From an uncultured Candidatus Saccharibacteria bacterium (GTDB lineage: Bacteria > Patescibacteriota > Minisyncoccia > Phycocordibacterales > UBA1006): a DNA stretch of 39,257 bases. The stretch spans positions 1-39,257 of the forward strand of contig CAZGCO010000002.1 in assembly GCA_964524475.1 (NCBI GenBank). The letters run 5' to 3'. Below, piece after piece: positions 1 to 6,980 of this stretch. Each line of letters starts with the position of its first letter. The stretch's first letter is position 1. The notes under the pieces were generated by a model. It was not told where the DNA came from, made no database searches, and saw only the letters and a list, made by a program, of their open reading frames with translations. The position numbers and the translations under genes were made by a program.

Positions 1-59
1 TCGAACCCGCGACCTTAGCGTTATGAGTGCTACGCTCTAACCAGCTGAGCTACCCCGAC
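1..59 (-). tRNA. tRNA with CAT anticodon (elongator Met or Ile2), 3' part cut by window edge
   Basis: Reverse complement reads GTCGGGG-TA-GCTC-AGCTGGTTA-GAGC, anticodon loop CTCATAA, variable AGGTC, then GCGGG-TTCGA; all arms are in register. G1 and the lack of a GGG/CCC anticodon stem argue against an initiator. Confidence 0.8.
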
Positions 60-60
60 A

Positions 61-113
61 TAAATTTTACCTTAACTTTATTCTACTTACCTAACCAAAA
101 CAGCTACCCCGAC
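61..113 (-). pseudogene. Degenerate copy of the 5' two-thirds of the adjacent CAT tRNA
   Basis: Reverse complement GTCGGGGTAGCTGTTTTGGTTAGGTAAGTAGAATAAAGTTAAGGT aligns with GTCGGGGTAGCTCAGCTGGTTAGAGCGTAGCACTCATAACGCTAAGGT of the real tRNA. It has no T arm. Confidence 0.4.
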
Positions 114-198
114 AAGGATTAATTTTATAAATTTCAACTTAACTAGTATACTTATTTTCTTGAATTTTTCAAGTGATTATGATAAACTGGCGCTTGTT

Positions 199-271
199 GC
201 TGTTGTAGCTCAGTTGGTAGAGCACTTCCATGGTAAGGAAGAGGTCGCCGGTCCGATTCCGGCCAACAGCT
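199..271 (+). tRNA. tRNA-Thr (GGT)
   Basis: GCTGTTG-TA-GCTC-AGTTGGTA-GAGC-A-CTTCC-ATGGTAA-GGAAG-AGGTC-GCCGG-TCCGATT-CCGGC-CAACAGC-T. Full cloverleaf; CCA is not encoded. Confidence 0.9.
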
Positions 272-312
272 CAAAAATTGCCCCATCTCTGTATACGTGA
301 TATAAATAGAAT

Positions 313-591
313 ATGAACCAAACAGTAAAAAAATTATTCTGGATGTTAGGGATTTTTTCTGTTGGTATGATAGGATTAGTTATTGCTGATCAGTATGATT
401 TTCTCGAACGGGTCAAGGGTTCTAGTGTGGGACATATATTTACCCGTGATGACACAGAACAGGTGGTGAGGGAATTAACTACAAATACTCAAGCGACAGG
501 TACAGCTAGTGTAAAAAATATTGTTCCGTTAAGCCCTACTCCTGCAGAAAATAGAGCCAGAATAGACGCGGCAATAAAGGCAAAAAAATAG
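313..591 (+). CDS. Small membrane-anchored hypothetical protein (92 aa)
   Basis: ORF with one N-terminal hydrophobic helix (LFWMLGIFSVGMIGLVIA), a TAG stop and a T-rich hairpin downstream. No recognisable family. Confidence 0.55.
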   Translation: MNQTVKKLFWMLGIFSVGMIGLVIADQYDFLERVKGSSVGHIFTRDDTEQVVRELTTNTQATGTASVKNIVPLSPTPAENRARIDAAIKAKK

Positions 592-639
592 ACAAAAAAT
601 AGTAGCCAAAAGGTTGCTTTTTTTGTGGATTGTGTTAGG

Positions 640-751
640 ATGTTCTGGTACGCCACAGACAACGAGTGCGGGTAATACTGCTTAATTTCTCGTCCAGGTC
701 GGTCTATTTAAAACATTATATTTATAATGCGTACTCTTTATTATTATTTAT
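640..751 (+). promoter_or_regulatory. Possible structured 5' leader of rplJ (L10-leader-like)
   Basis: A 160-nt gap before rplJ contains a GC-richer stretch with pairing potential (ctgg-t-acg ... cgt-ccag). L10 operons are commonly autoregulated through a leader. Not verifiable by eye. Confidence 0.3.
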
Positions 752-1243
752 ATGGCACTCTCACGAGACAAAAAATCAATACTCGTTAATGATTTAACAA
801 GTATTGCAAAAAATTCAGGTTCTATGGTATTCGTTCATGCTCATGGTGTGACAATTCCTGAAACTGATACATTGCGTACAGAGCTCCGCAGTTCTGATAG
901 TCGATACAAGGTAGTTAAAAAGACTCTCTTGAAAATCGCCTTAACAGATGCAGGTTTGTCAGGTACTATGCCCGACATGCCAGGAGAAGTAGCTATTGCT
1001 TATGGTTCTGACCTTATCGCTCCTGCTCGCGCAGTATACGATCAGATGTCAAAACTTAAAGACAAGCTCTCTATCGTAGGAGGAGTATTCGACGGAGTAT
1101 TCATGGATCAATCATCTATGATGTCTATCGCGACTATCCCACCGACACCAGTGCTTCGCGGTATGTTCGTGAATGTTATCAACAGTCCTATTCAGGGTAT
1201 GGTGGTAGCACTCTCAAAAATCGCAGAAAAGAAACAGGGATAA
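752..1243 (+). CDS. rplJ: 50S ribosomal protein L10
   Basis: 163-aa protein with L10-like sequence (KKSILVNDL...VFVHAHGVT...LR...KVVKKTL) directly upstream of L7/L12. Confidence 0.9.
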   Translation: MALSRDKKSILVNDLTSIAKNSGSMVFVHAHGVTIPETDTLRTELRSSDSRYKVVKKTLLKIALTDAGLSGTMPDMPGEVAIAYGSDLIAPARAVYDQMSKLKDKLSIVGGVFDGVFMDQSSMMSIATIPPTPVLRGMFVNVINSPIQGMVVALSKIAEKKQG

Positions 1244-1286
1244 TTCCTTGTCCTTATTAATTATTACTTAATTATTTTTTAATTAT

Positions 1287-1769
1287 ATGGAAGATATGAA
1301 TACACCAGTAGTGGAAACTACTGAAACTGTTGAAACAACTCCAGAAGTTGTTGAAACAGCAGCACCAGCTACAGCAGCTGCAGATGAATCAGCAAACGTT
1401 GAAGTTCCTGCAAAATTTAAATCAATAGTAGAAGCTATTGAAACTATGTCAGTTTTGGACTTGAACGAATTGGTTAAATTATTTGAAAAGAAATTTGGTG
1501 TTTCTGCAGCAGCAGTAGCCGTTGCAGGTCCTGCAGCAGCTGGAGCAGCTGAAGAAAAATCAGAATTTACAGCAGTTTTGACATCAGACGGAGGAGCTAA
1601 AATCGCTATCATGAAAGTGGTAAAAGAAGCTCTCGGTCTTGGTCTTAAAGAAGCAAAAGATTTGGTAGACAACTTGCCAGCAACACTTAAAGAAAACATG
1701 AAGAAAGAAGACGCAGAAGCATTGAAAAAACAATTAGAAGATGCAGGAGGAAAAGTAGAATTGAAATAA
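1287..1769 (+). CDS. rplL: 50S ribosomal protein L7/L12 with about 40-aa acidic N-terminal extension
   Basis: The C-terminal 120 aa is canonical ([28 protein letters not shown]...[22 protein letters not shown]...). No in-frame ATG, GTG or TTG occurs between ATG 1287/1296 and the conserved core. Confidence 0.9.
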   Translation: MEDMNTPVVETTETVETTPEVVETAAPATAAADESANVEVPAKFKSIVEAIETMSVLDLNELVKLFEKKFGVSAAAVAVAGPAAAGAAEEKSEFTAVLTSDGGAKIAIMKVVKEALGLGLKEAKDLVDNLPATLKENMKKEDAEALKKQLEDAGGKVELK

Positions 1770-1808
1770 CTCATATAAAAAATCCCTTAAGGGATTTTTT
1801 ATATGAGT
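1769..1808. terminator. Perfect hairpin terminator
   Basis: actcatataaaaaatccc-ttaa-gggattttttatatgagt, an 18-bp stem flanked by A/T runs. Confidence 0.8.
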
Positions 1809-1830
1809 TATTTTGTGGTATACTCGCCCT

Positions 1831-2244
1831 ATGAAACATATAGGTATAGATTACGGAACAAAGAAAATTGGTATTGCAGTATCTGACGAGGGAGGCAGTA
1901 TTGCATTTCCTCGAAAGATTGTTATGCAATCTGTAAAAGCATTAACAGAGATTATTCAGTATATTCACGATGAAGGTATTCAGAAAATTATTATTGGGAA
2001 TTCATTGATGCAAAATGGAGAACGCAATAGTATTATGGACGATATTGATGCATTTGCAGAACAAATAGGTATCCTGTCGGGATTACCAGTAGAGTTTTCC
2101 GATGAGCGTTTTTCCAGCTCAGCAGTGCGTGCATTTGATTGGAAAAAACCTGTTGCAACCCCAAGACGTACAGAACGTGATACATCACCTGTTGATGATC
2201 GTGCTGCAGCGGTGATGTTACAGAGATATTTAGATAGAATATAA
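1831..2244 (+). CDS. ruvX: YqgF/RuvX-family putative pre-16S rRNA nuclease (Holliday junction resolvase-like)
   Basis: MKHIGIDYGTKKIGIAVSD... is the typical RuvX N-terminus. ATG 1831 lies 6 nt after TGgTATACT (1816-1824). Confidence 0.85.
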   Translation: MKHIGIDYGTKKIGIAVSDEGGSIAFPRKIVMQSVKALTEIIQYIHDEGIQKIIIGNSLMQNGERNSIMDDIDAFAEQIGILSGLPVEFSDERFSSSAVRAFDWKKPVATPRRTERDTSPVDDRAAAVMLQRYLDRI

Positions 2245-2247
2245 TTT

Positions 2248-2281
2248 AAAAATATCTCTTATTATTGTAAGAGATATTTTT
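2248..2281. terminator. Hairpin terminator
   Basis: aaaaatatctctta-ttattg-taagagatattttt, a 14-bp perfect stem. Confidence 0.75.
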
Positions 2282-2318
2282 ATGCACTTTTTCTTTTCTT
2301 GTGCTATAATCATGACAT

Positions 2319-2798
2319 ATGGAATATATTACTTATGATGAATTTAAAAAAATGGATATTCGTATTGGAACAATTCGCGAAATAGAACCAATATCAGGTG
2401 CTGATAAATTATTGAAATGTCAGATAGATTTTGGTGTATTCGTGGAACCAATTATCGAGACAATAGAACCTATAGAGCAATTGGATGGGAATCATGATGG
2501 TGTATCAGAAGATAATATTCTGACAGATACTGAAACCGCAAAGCTAGATAATGCGTTAGAGCAAATAAACGTTACTACAGAACCGAAACGTGATATTCGT
2601 CAGATCATATCAGGTATTCGTGAATATTATCCAGACTACGAGGAACTGATTGGTAAACAAGTGCTTTATATCGTGAATCTGGAACCACGTACTATTCGTG
2701 GACATGTATCTCATGGAATGCTTATGGCAGTAGGGGGTGATAAGCCAGTATTTTTAATACCAGATGAACCTGTCGAACCAGGCAGTCGTGTACGATAG
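2319..2798 (+). CDS. tRNA-binding (OB-fold, CsaA/Trbp111-like) domain protein with about 50-aa insertion
   Basis: FKKMDIRIGTIREIEPISGADKLLKCQIDFG ... RQIISGIREYY...LIGKQVLYIVNLEPRTIRGHVSHGMLMAV matches the tRNA-binding domain. An acidic insert splits it. Confidence 0.75.
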   Translation: MEYITYDEFKKMDIRIGTIREIEPISGADKLLKCQIDFGVFVEPIIETIEPIEQLDGNHDGVSEDNILTDTETAKLDNALEQINVTTEPKRDIRQIISGIREYYPDYEELIGKQVLYIVNLEPRTIRGHVSHGMLMAVGGDKPVFLIPDEPVEPGSRVR

Positions 2799-2842
2799 TT
2801 TTTACTTTTTATTCGTCTCTATTATTTGTTCTCTCATAATCT

Positions 2843-3826
2843 ATGTTCTCTTTCTGGAAAACAAAAGACAAGAAAAAAACACCAGACATGTTTCTGGGTA
2901 TTTCGTCGGGGAGCATTTTTTGGGTGACAACATCATATCTGCGTGATATTCATGGACGTATGATAATTACTGGACAGGGGAATTTTGCGACGGATGTACT
3001 ATTAAAAAAATCATCTCTTCCTGTTGATTTTGTGAGTGCCGTGAAAAAACATACCGTCCATATGATAGCTCCATCGGGTAGTATCACAAGATATATTGTT
3101 CCAGAATTATTCTCGCAAACACAATTACAAAAAAATACTGATTATGTAATACATCAGACAATGTTATTGAGTAATAATCATAATACTCTCTATGAAACAA
3201 CGTCATGTAATATGCAAAAAATTACACCAGTAATAGAACAAATGAAACAGTTGGGTATCAAGATAAAACATATTCATCATATTGGTGATGGATATGCACG
3301 AATGAATATCATCTCTGGTATTAGTTCATATTACATTATTTCTTTAGGTAATGATGTGTCATGGGTGTCATGGGTTGCAGATGGACGAGTATTATATCAG
3401 CAGGATATTTCCTTGGGTAAAAATACCTTGATAGATATTATTACTCGTCATGTAGGTATTGATAGGGGGGAAGCAGTTAGAATATTAGAGAAATATGGTA
3501 TTACAGGACAACATCCTGATCGAGGTATTTTGGGATTATTACATCATGCATTATCACCTATTATTGATACTATTCGTGAATGGCAGATGATACATAGTAA
3601 ATATCGGTATATTCCTGAACCATTTCAAGTAATACCAAAATTGATAGGGCTTACAGGGTCGGGGAGTATTATCCCAGGGATAGAACAGTATCTCGTGATA
3701 GGTACAGGAATCCCTGTAGAGCATGTACAGGAACAGATATTGCAAGGATTTACTTGTGCCAGTCACAATCGTGCAGATTTGGAACCGTATGAATCTATAC
3801 TTTCTCTTATAGATGTAAATAACTAA
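2843..3826 (+). CDS. PilM-like actin-fold ATPase (type IV pilus assembly / FtsA-like)
   Basis: LGISSGSIF..., ISLGNDVSWVSWVADGRVLYQQDISLGKNTLIDIITRHVGIDRGEAVRILEKYG and LTGSGSIIPGIEQYL..GTGIPVE follow the PilM/FtsA motif pattern. At 327 aa it is PilM-sized. Confidence 0.6.
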   Translation: MFSFWKTKDKKKTPDMFLGISSGSIFWVTTSYLRDIHGRMIITGQGNFATDVLLKKSSLPVDFVSAVKKHTVHMIAPSGSITRYIVPELFSQTQLQKNTDYVIHQTMLLSNNHNTLYETTSCNMQKITPVIEQMKQLGIKIKHIHHIGDGYARMNIISGISSYYIISLGNDVSWVSWVADGRVLYQQDISLGKNTLIDIITRHVGIDRGEAVRILEKYGITGQHPDRGILGLLHHALSPIIDTIREWQMIHSKYRYIPEPFQVIPKLIGLTGSGSIIPGIEQYLVIGTGIPVEHVQEQILQGFTCASHNRADLEPYESILSLIDVNN

Positions 3827-3897
3827 AAGATACGTACTTCGTTAGTTCTTGTTCGACTAGGTTTTCCACAGGAAAATAATAACAAAACAGAATATTG

Positions 3898-3925
3898 TTG
3901 ACTTTTATTTTTATTATGATATACT
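3898..3925 (+). promoter_or_regulatory. Strong sigma70-type promoter with no downstream CDS
   Basis: TTGACT (3898-3903), a 16-nt spacer whose last three bases are the extended TGa, then TATACT (3920-3925). Confidence 0.6.
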
Positions 3926-3931
3926 ATGCTT

Positions 3932-4011
3932 GTGAGTGAGAGCTTCAAAAAGTAATCTTCATGAAAACAACAAACGTTCTTCAAAAAACCCATCCTTGAG
4001 ATGGGTTTTTT
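3932..4011 (+). ncRNA. Candidate about 80-nt small RNA (or micropeptide transcript)
   Basis: The predicted start is about 6-7 nt after the -10 box and the unit ends in the strong terminator at 3983-4011. Only 7-12-codon ORFs lie inside. Confidence 0.35.
3983..4011. terminator. Bidirectional hairpin terminator
   Basis: aaaaaacccatc-cttga-gatgggtttttt, with 6 GC/AT core pairs extended by an A6/T6 run. Confidence 0.8.
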
Positions 4012-4198
4012 GATGGATTATATCTTTCTTATTCTTGTTTTATATGTAGGGACTCGGTCACTCTCGTGGATATTTTATTTCATTATATTCATAAAATATC
4101 TCACTCCATTGACCTCCACTCGGGTGCGCCGCTACGTTATCACTTCGCAGACTTTGTCGCACCCTCGGTTCTCGTCCCTTCCTACGCGACAAAACAAA

Positions 4199-4226
4199 AT
4201 CCCAAAATGCTGTGCATGTTTGGGAT
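4199..4226 (-). terminator. Hairpin after the tRNA-Arg/tRNA-Val unit
   Basis: atcccaaa...tttgggat stem, followed on the minus strand by tttgttttg. Confidence 0.55.
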
Positions 4227-4235
4227 AATGTTTTG

Positions 4236-4308
4236 TGCGAGATAAGGGACTCGAACCCCTGACCTTCTCAGTGTAAATGAGTTGCTCTACCAACTGAGCT
4301 AATCTCGC
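4236..4308 (-). tRNA. tRNA-Val (TAC)
   Basis: Reverse complement GCGAGAT-TA-GCTC-AGTTGGTA-GAGC-A-ACTCA-TTTACAC-TGAGA-AGGTC-AGGGG-TTCGAGT-CCCTT-ATCTCGC-A. Confidence 0.9.
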
Positions 4309-4337
4309 GTATTTATATATAACCAATATGTCTTCAC

Positions 4338-4371
4338 GAGTCGCTACAACATGAGCTAATCTCGCGTATTT
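4338..4371 (-). pseudogene. Degenerate 5' fragment of tRNA-Val plus its 6-nt upstream flank
   Basis: A 20-nt exact repeat tgagctaatctcgcgtattt occurs at 4295-4314 and 4352-4371. Similarity decays further on (GCGAGATTAGCTCAtGTTGTAGcG). Confidence 0.5.
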
Positions 4372-4377
4372 TTATTG

Positions 4378-4449
4378 TCCCCCTGGCAGGAATCGAACCT
4401 ACATCAAGAGCTTAGAAGTCTCCTGTTCTATCCATTGAACTACAGGGAG
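4378..4449 (-). tRNA. tRNA-Arg (TCT)
   Basis: Reverse complement CTCCCTG-TA-GTTC-AATGGATA-GAAC-A-GGAGA-CTTCTAA-GCTCT-TGAT-GTAGG-TTCGATT-CCTGC-CAGGGGG-A. Confidence 0.85.
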
Positions 4450-4497
4450 GTTCTGTCGCGCGTGTTGACCAGGATTACCAAAGGGGACAGTAATGAG

Positions 4498-4525
4498 ACT
4501 ATAGCATATTATAAAATATTTGCAA
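4498..4525 (-). promoter_or_regulatory. Promoter of the tRNA-Arg/tRNA-Val unit
   Basis: The minus strand reads TTGCAA, 16 nt, TATAGT, about 48 nt upstream of tRNA-Arg. Confidence 0.5.
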
Positions 4526-4556
4526 TATCATTTTTACCAGTATATAGTATGGGTAT

Positions 4557-5897
4557 ATGAATTTTAAGTCTTTTATTGAAAACAAGTCGCATAATACTGT
4601 TCCAGAACAAGAATATTTCAAAGAAACAGCAGGAAGTAGAGAATATTTATCTGCAAAAAAAATGGTTGATTTTATTACAAAAGCACAGTTAGATACTATA
4701 GGAACTGATGAAAATATAATTTTAATTACAGATCTTATTAATCAAAAAATAAGCAGACTTATTCCGGGTTCTGATATTTCAGGAATTATTCAAGAATTAA
4801 AAAACTCAGGATTTATTACCGAACCAGTACAAGAAAAAAAACCTAAAGTAGTTATACAGCCAGAACATATTGAAACAGAACGAATCACATTACAAGGTGC
4901 AAAAAAGATAGAACTCACAGCAGAAGAAAATGAACTCAAAGAAGCCAATCTACTACTTGATGAAATTAATCGTAAAAACATTTTTAAAAATAGTAATGAA
5001 TTAGATAGTTTATATACTCGAGTTATTTTAGAAAATAACGATTCAAGTGAAACATTGGATTACTATCATGAGTTCCAATCAGTCATAGGTGGGGGAATAC
5101 AAGAAATCCAAAAAGATTTTGATAAACTTCAAGAAAGAAAAGAATTATTCAAACAAAAAAATGATGTATCCTCTCCAAATTATAAAAAAATAGAAAACGC
5201 AAAAAAAATAGCAACACTCACAGAGTGTGCTGTAGCTACAGGAGTTTCTCAATTAAAATGGTTCGGAGAAAAAGTTTCAATTGTTCGTACCTCAGAGTTT
5301 GATGATGTTATGCATGGTATTGATGATTTACTCGAAATTAAAAAAGACTCTGATGAAAGTGATTTCCTCGGTTTAGGTATTGATGTTACTTTTCGTGGAT
5401 TAGAAAGTGAACAATTCAAAGAAAAATTTTTTAAATTACTACAATCTATTTTTGATGGATATCAACCAACAATAAAATATTCAAAAGATGATCAAGGTAA
5501 TTGTAAAAAAGAATTCAAAGTTCCTAAAATGGTTCTCTATTTTGGGGTGGATGATGTACGAGATATGGTAGAGATATTACGAAATACAAACGTGTCATCA
5601 GAACAAGATAGTTTGCAAAATAGTCCACAAAGAAAAAATATCATGAATCAAATTATTCATTCATGTAAAAAGCTTGCTAAATTTGCAGGAGAATATAAAA
5701 ATCCAATATTTCGTAAATATTATACAGTAATCAATTCATTAAAAGAGTTATCATTCAACGATGCTCAAATAGACGAAATGATTAATATAGATCATTCTGA
5801 TAAAGTGTCAGAAAAACTAGATCAATTAATCGAAGAGTTTAAACTTTTAAAAAGCTTAGAATATGCTCGTACAGAGAGTAATGAATATGGAAATTAA
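4557..5897 (+). CDS. Hypothetical protein (446 aa), AT-rich ORFan
   Basis: Long uninterrupted ORF, Lys/Glu/Asn-rich, with no motif I recognise securely. Its 3' end overlaps the start of the next gene. Confidence 0.7.
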   Translation: MNFKSFIENKSHNTVPEQEYFKETAGSREYLSAKKMVDFITKAQLDTIGTDENIILITDLINQKISRLIPGSDISGIIQELKNSGFITEPVQEKKPKVVIQPEHIETERITLQGAKKIELTAEENELKEANLLLDEINRKNIFKNSNELDSLYTRVILENNDSSETLDYYHEFQSVIGGGIQEIQKDFDKLQERKELFKQKNDVSSPNYKKIENAKKIATLTECAVATGVSQLKWFGEKVSIVRTSEFDDVMHGIDDLLEIKKDSDESDFLGLGIDVTFRGLESEQFKEKFFKLLQSIFDGYQPTIKYSKDDQGNCKKEFKVPKMVLYFGVDDVRDMVEILRNTNVSSEQDSLQNSPQRKNIMNQIIHSCKKLAKFAGEYKNPIFRKYYTVINSLKELSFNDAQIDEMINIDHSDKVSEKLDQLIEEFKLLKSLEYARTESNEYGN

Positions 5898-6156
5898 TAT
5901 CCTCGCAGAAACGTCTGATTACTTGGTATTGAACAAACCCAGTGGTTTGGTGGTACATGCAGATGGTAAGACTGATGAATACACCCTGTCGAACTGGATT
6001 ATTGAACATTATCCGATGTTACAGGATATTGGGGAACCGATGATACTGGAACACAAGGGGGAACTACTTACGATACATCGTCCAGGTATTGTGCATCGAC
6101 TGGATCGCGAAACATCTGGGGTTATTGTCGTTGCAAAAACACAAAAATTTTTCTAA
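5881..6156 (+). pseudogene. RluA-family pseudouridine synthase, N-terminal part ending at an in-frame TAA
   Basis: YLVLNKPSGLVVH ... HRLDRETSGVIVVAKT carries the catalytic HRLD motif. TAA at 6154-6156 interrupts otherwise continuous homology. Confidence 0.8.
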
Positions 6157-6633
6157 CATATCAAAAAACAATTCCAAGACCACACCATACGTAAACATTA
6201 TGTTGCTATTGTCTTTGGTTTTGTACATGATGAGCGGGGTTTGGTCGATGTGGCTATTGGGCGTGGTGCAAATGATATTCGGAAATGGGCTGCAGGGAAA
6301 TACGCACGGGGACATTTGCGTGATGCGGTTACACGGTATGTGGTGACCGACCGTTTTACAGATATTCATGGGGTTCGATTTACCGCAGTGAGATTATTTC
6401 CTGAAACCGGGCGTACCCATCAGTTGCGTGTACATATGAAATATTTAGGGTATTCGATTATCGGAGACCGGGTGTATGCACCAAAGACAATAGGGATGCT
6501 CGGGGCAGAACGTACCATGCTCCACGCTGAACAAATACAGTTTTTTGACCTGTCAGGTGCGGTAATAACGGTCAAAGCGCCCCTGGCAGATGATTTCAAG
6601 AAATGCTTGCAAAAATCTGTAGTTTTGGTATAG
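6157..6633 (+). pseudogene. RluA-family pseudouridine synthase, C-terminal part (same frame as the N-terminal part)
   Basis: The frame continues HIKKQFQDHTIRKHYVAIVFG...VAIGRG...ETGRTHQLRVHMKYLGYSIIGDRVY. The first possible restart codon is TTG at 6241. Confidence 0.8.
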
Positions 6634-6640
6634 TGTTCCC

Positions 6641-6904
6641 ATGAAGAAAGATATCCACCCAAAAAACTATCGCCACGTTATTTTTCATGACGTAACTAGT
6701 GGTGAAAAATTCCTTATCGGGTCAGTCGTAGAGACCAAGGAAGTTGCTACCTGGACAGATGGTAAGGAATACCCGTTGTTCCAAATTGAAATTTCAAGTA
6801 AATCTCATCCATTTTATACTGGTCAGGATAAAGCTCTCGATACCGAGGGACGTGCAGAAAAATTCAAACAACGTGCCGCTCGCGCCAAAAAGGTTGCAGC
6901 ATAA
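6641..6904 (+). CDS. rpmE: 50S ribosomal protein L31, Cys-less (type B-like)
   Basis: [10 protein letters not shown]...SHPFYTG signature with no CxxC zinc motif. ATG lies 6 nt after TGgTATAGT (6626-6634). Confidence 0.9.
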   Translation: MKKDIHPKNYRHVIFHDVTSGEKFLIGSVVETKEVATWTDGKEYPLFQIEISSKSHPFYTGQDKALDTEGRAEKFKQRAARAKKVAA

Positions 6905-6938
6905 CAAAAATCCCGAAAGGGTTTTTTGTTTTTGTTAT
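6901..6938 (+). terminator. Imperfect hairpin terminator after rpmE
   Basis: ataacaaaaa ... tttttgttat outer stem around cccgaaaggg. Confidence 0.5.
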
Positions 6939-6980
6939 ATTCTTCTTGAAAAAATAAGGTTTTTATGGTACAGTTTCAAA

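Noticed and set aside
1283-1774. 163-aa ORF on the minus strand covering rplL
   Set aside because: It is an antisense shadow of a highly recognisable L7/L12 gene. It has low-complexity Ser/Ala/Thr content and no independent signals.
2764-2946. 60-aa ORF bridging the tRNA-binding gene and the PilM-like gene
   Set aside because: It overlaps both well-supported neighbours and has no start signals.
4100-4196. SRP (4.5S) RNA next to the tRNA genes
   Set aside because: The minus strand has GGAAGG, reminiscent of the helix 8 loop region. However, the flanking conserved strings and a long hairpin centred on a GNRA loop could not be built by hand.
4132-4560. ORFs at 4132-4326 (minus strand) and 4375-4560 (plus strand)
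   Set aside because: They run through tRNA-Val and tRNA-Arg and are artefacts of the tRNA sequences.
6154-6156. TAA as a globally recoded sense codon
   Set aside because: 33 of 43 genes terminate at TAA at positions consistent with full-length proteins, and RF1 is encoded here.
6744-6980. 79-aa N-terminal extension of the prfA ORF
   Set aside because: It overlaps rpmE in another frame and its sequence is not RF-like. A TGgTACAGT box sits 6 nt before ATG 6981, where RF1 homology begins.
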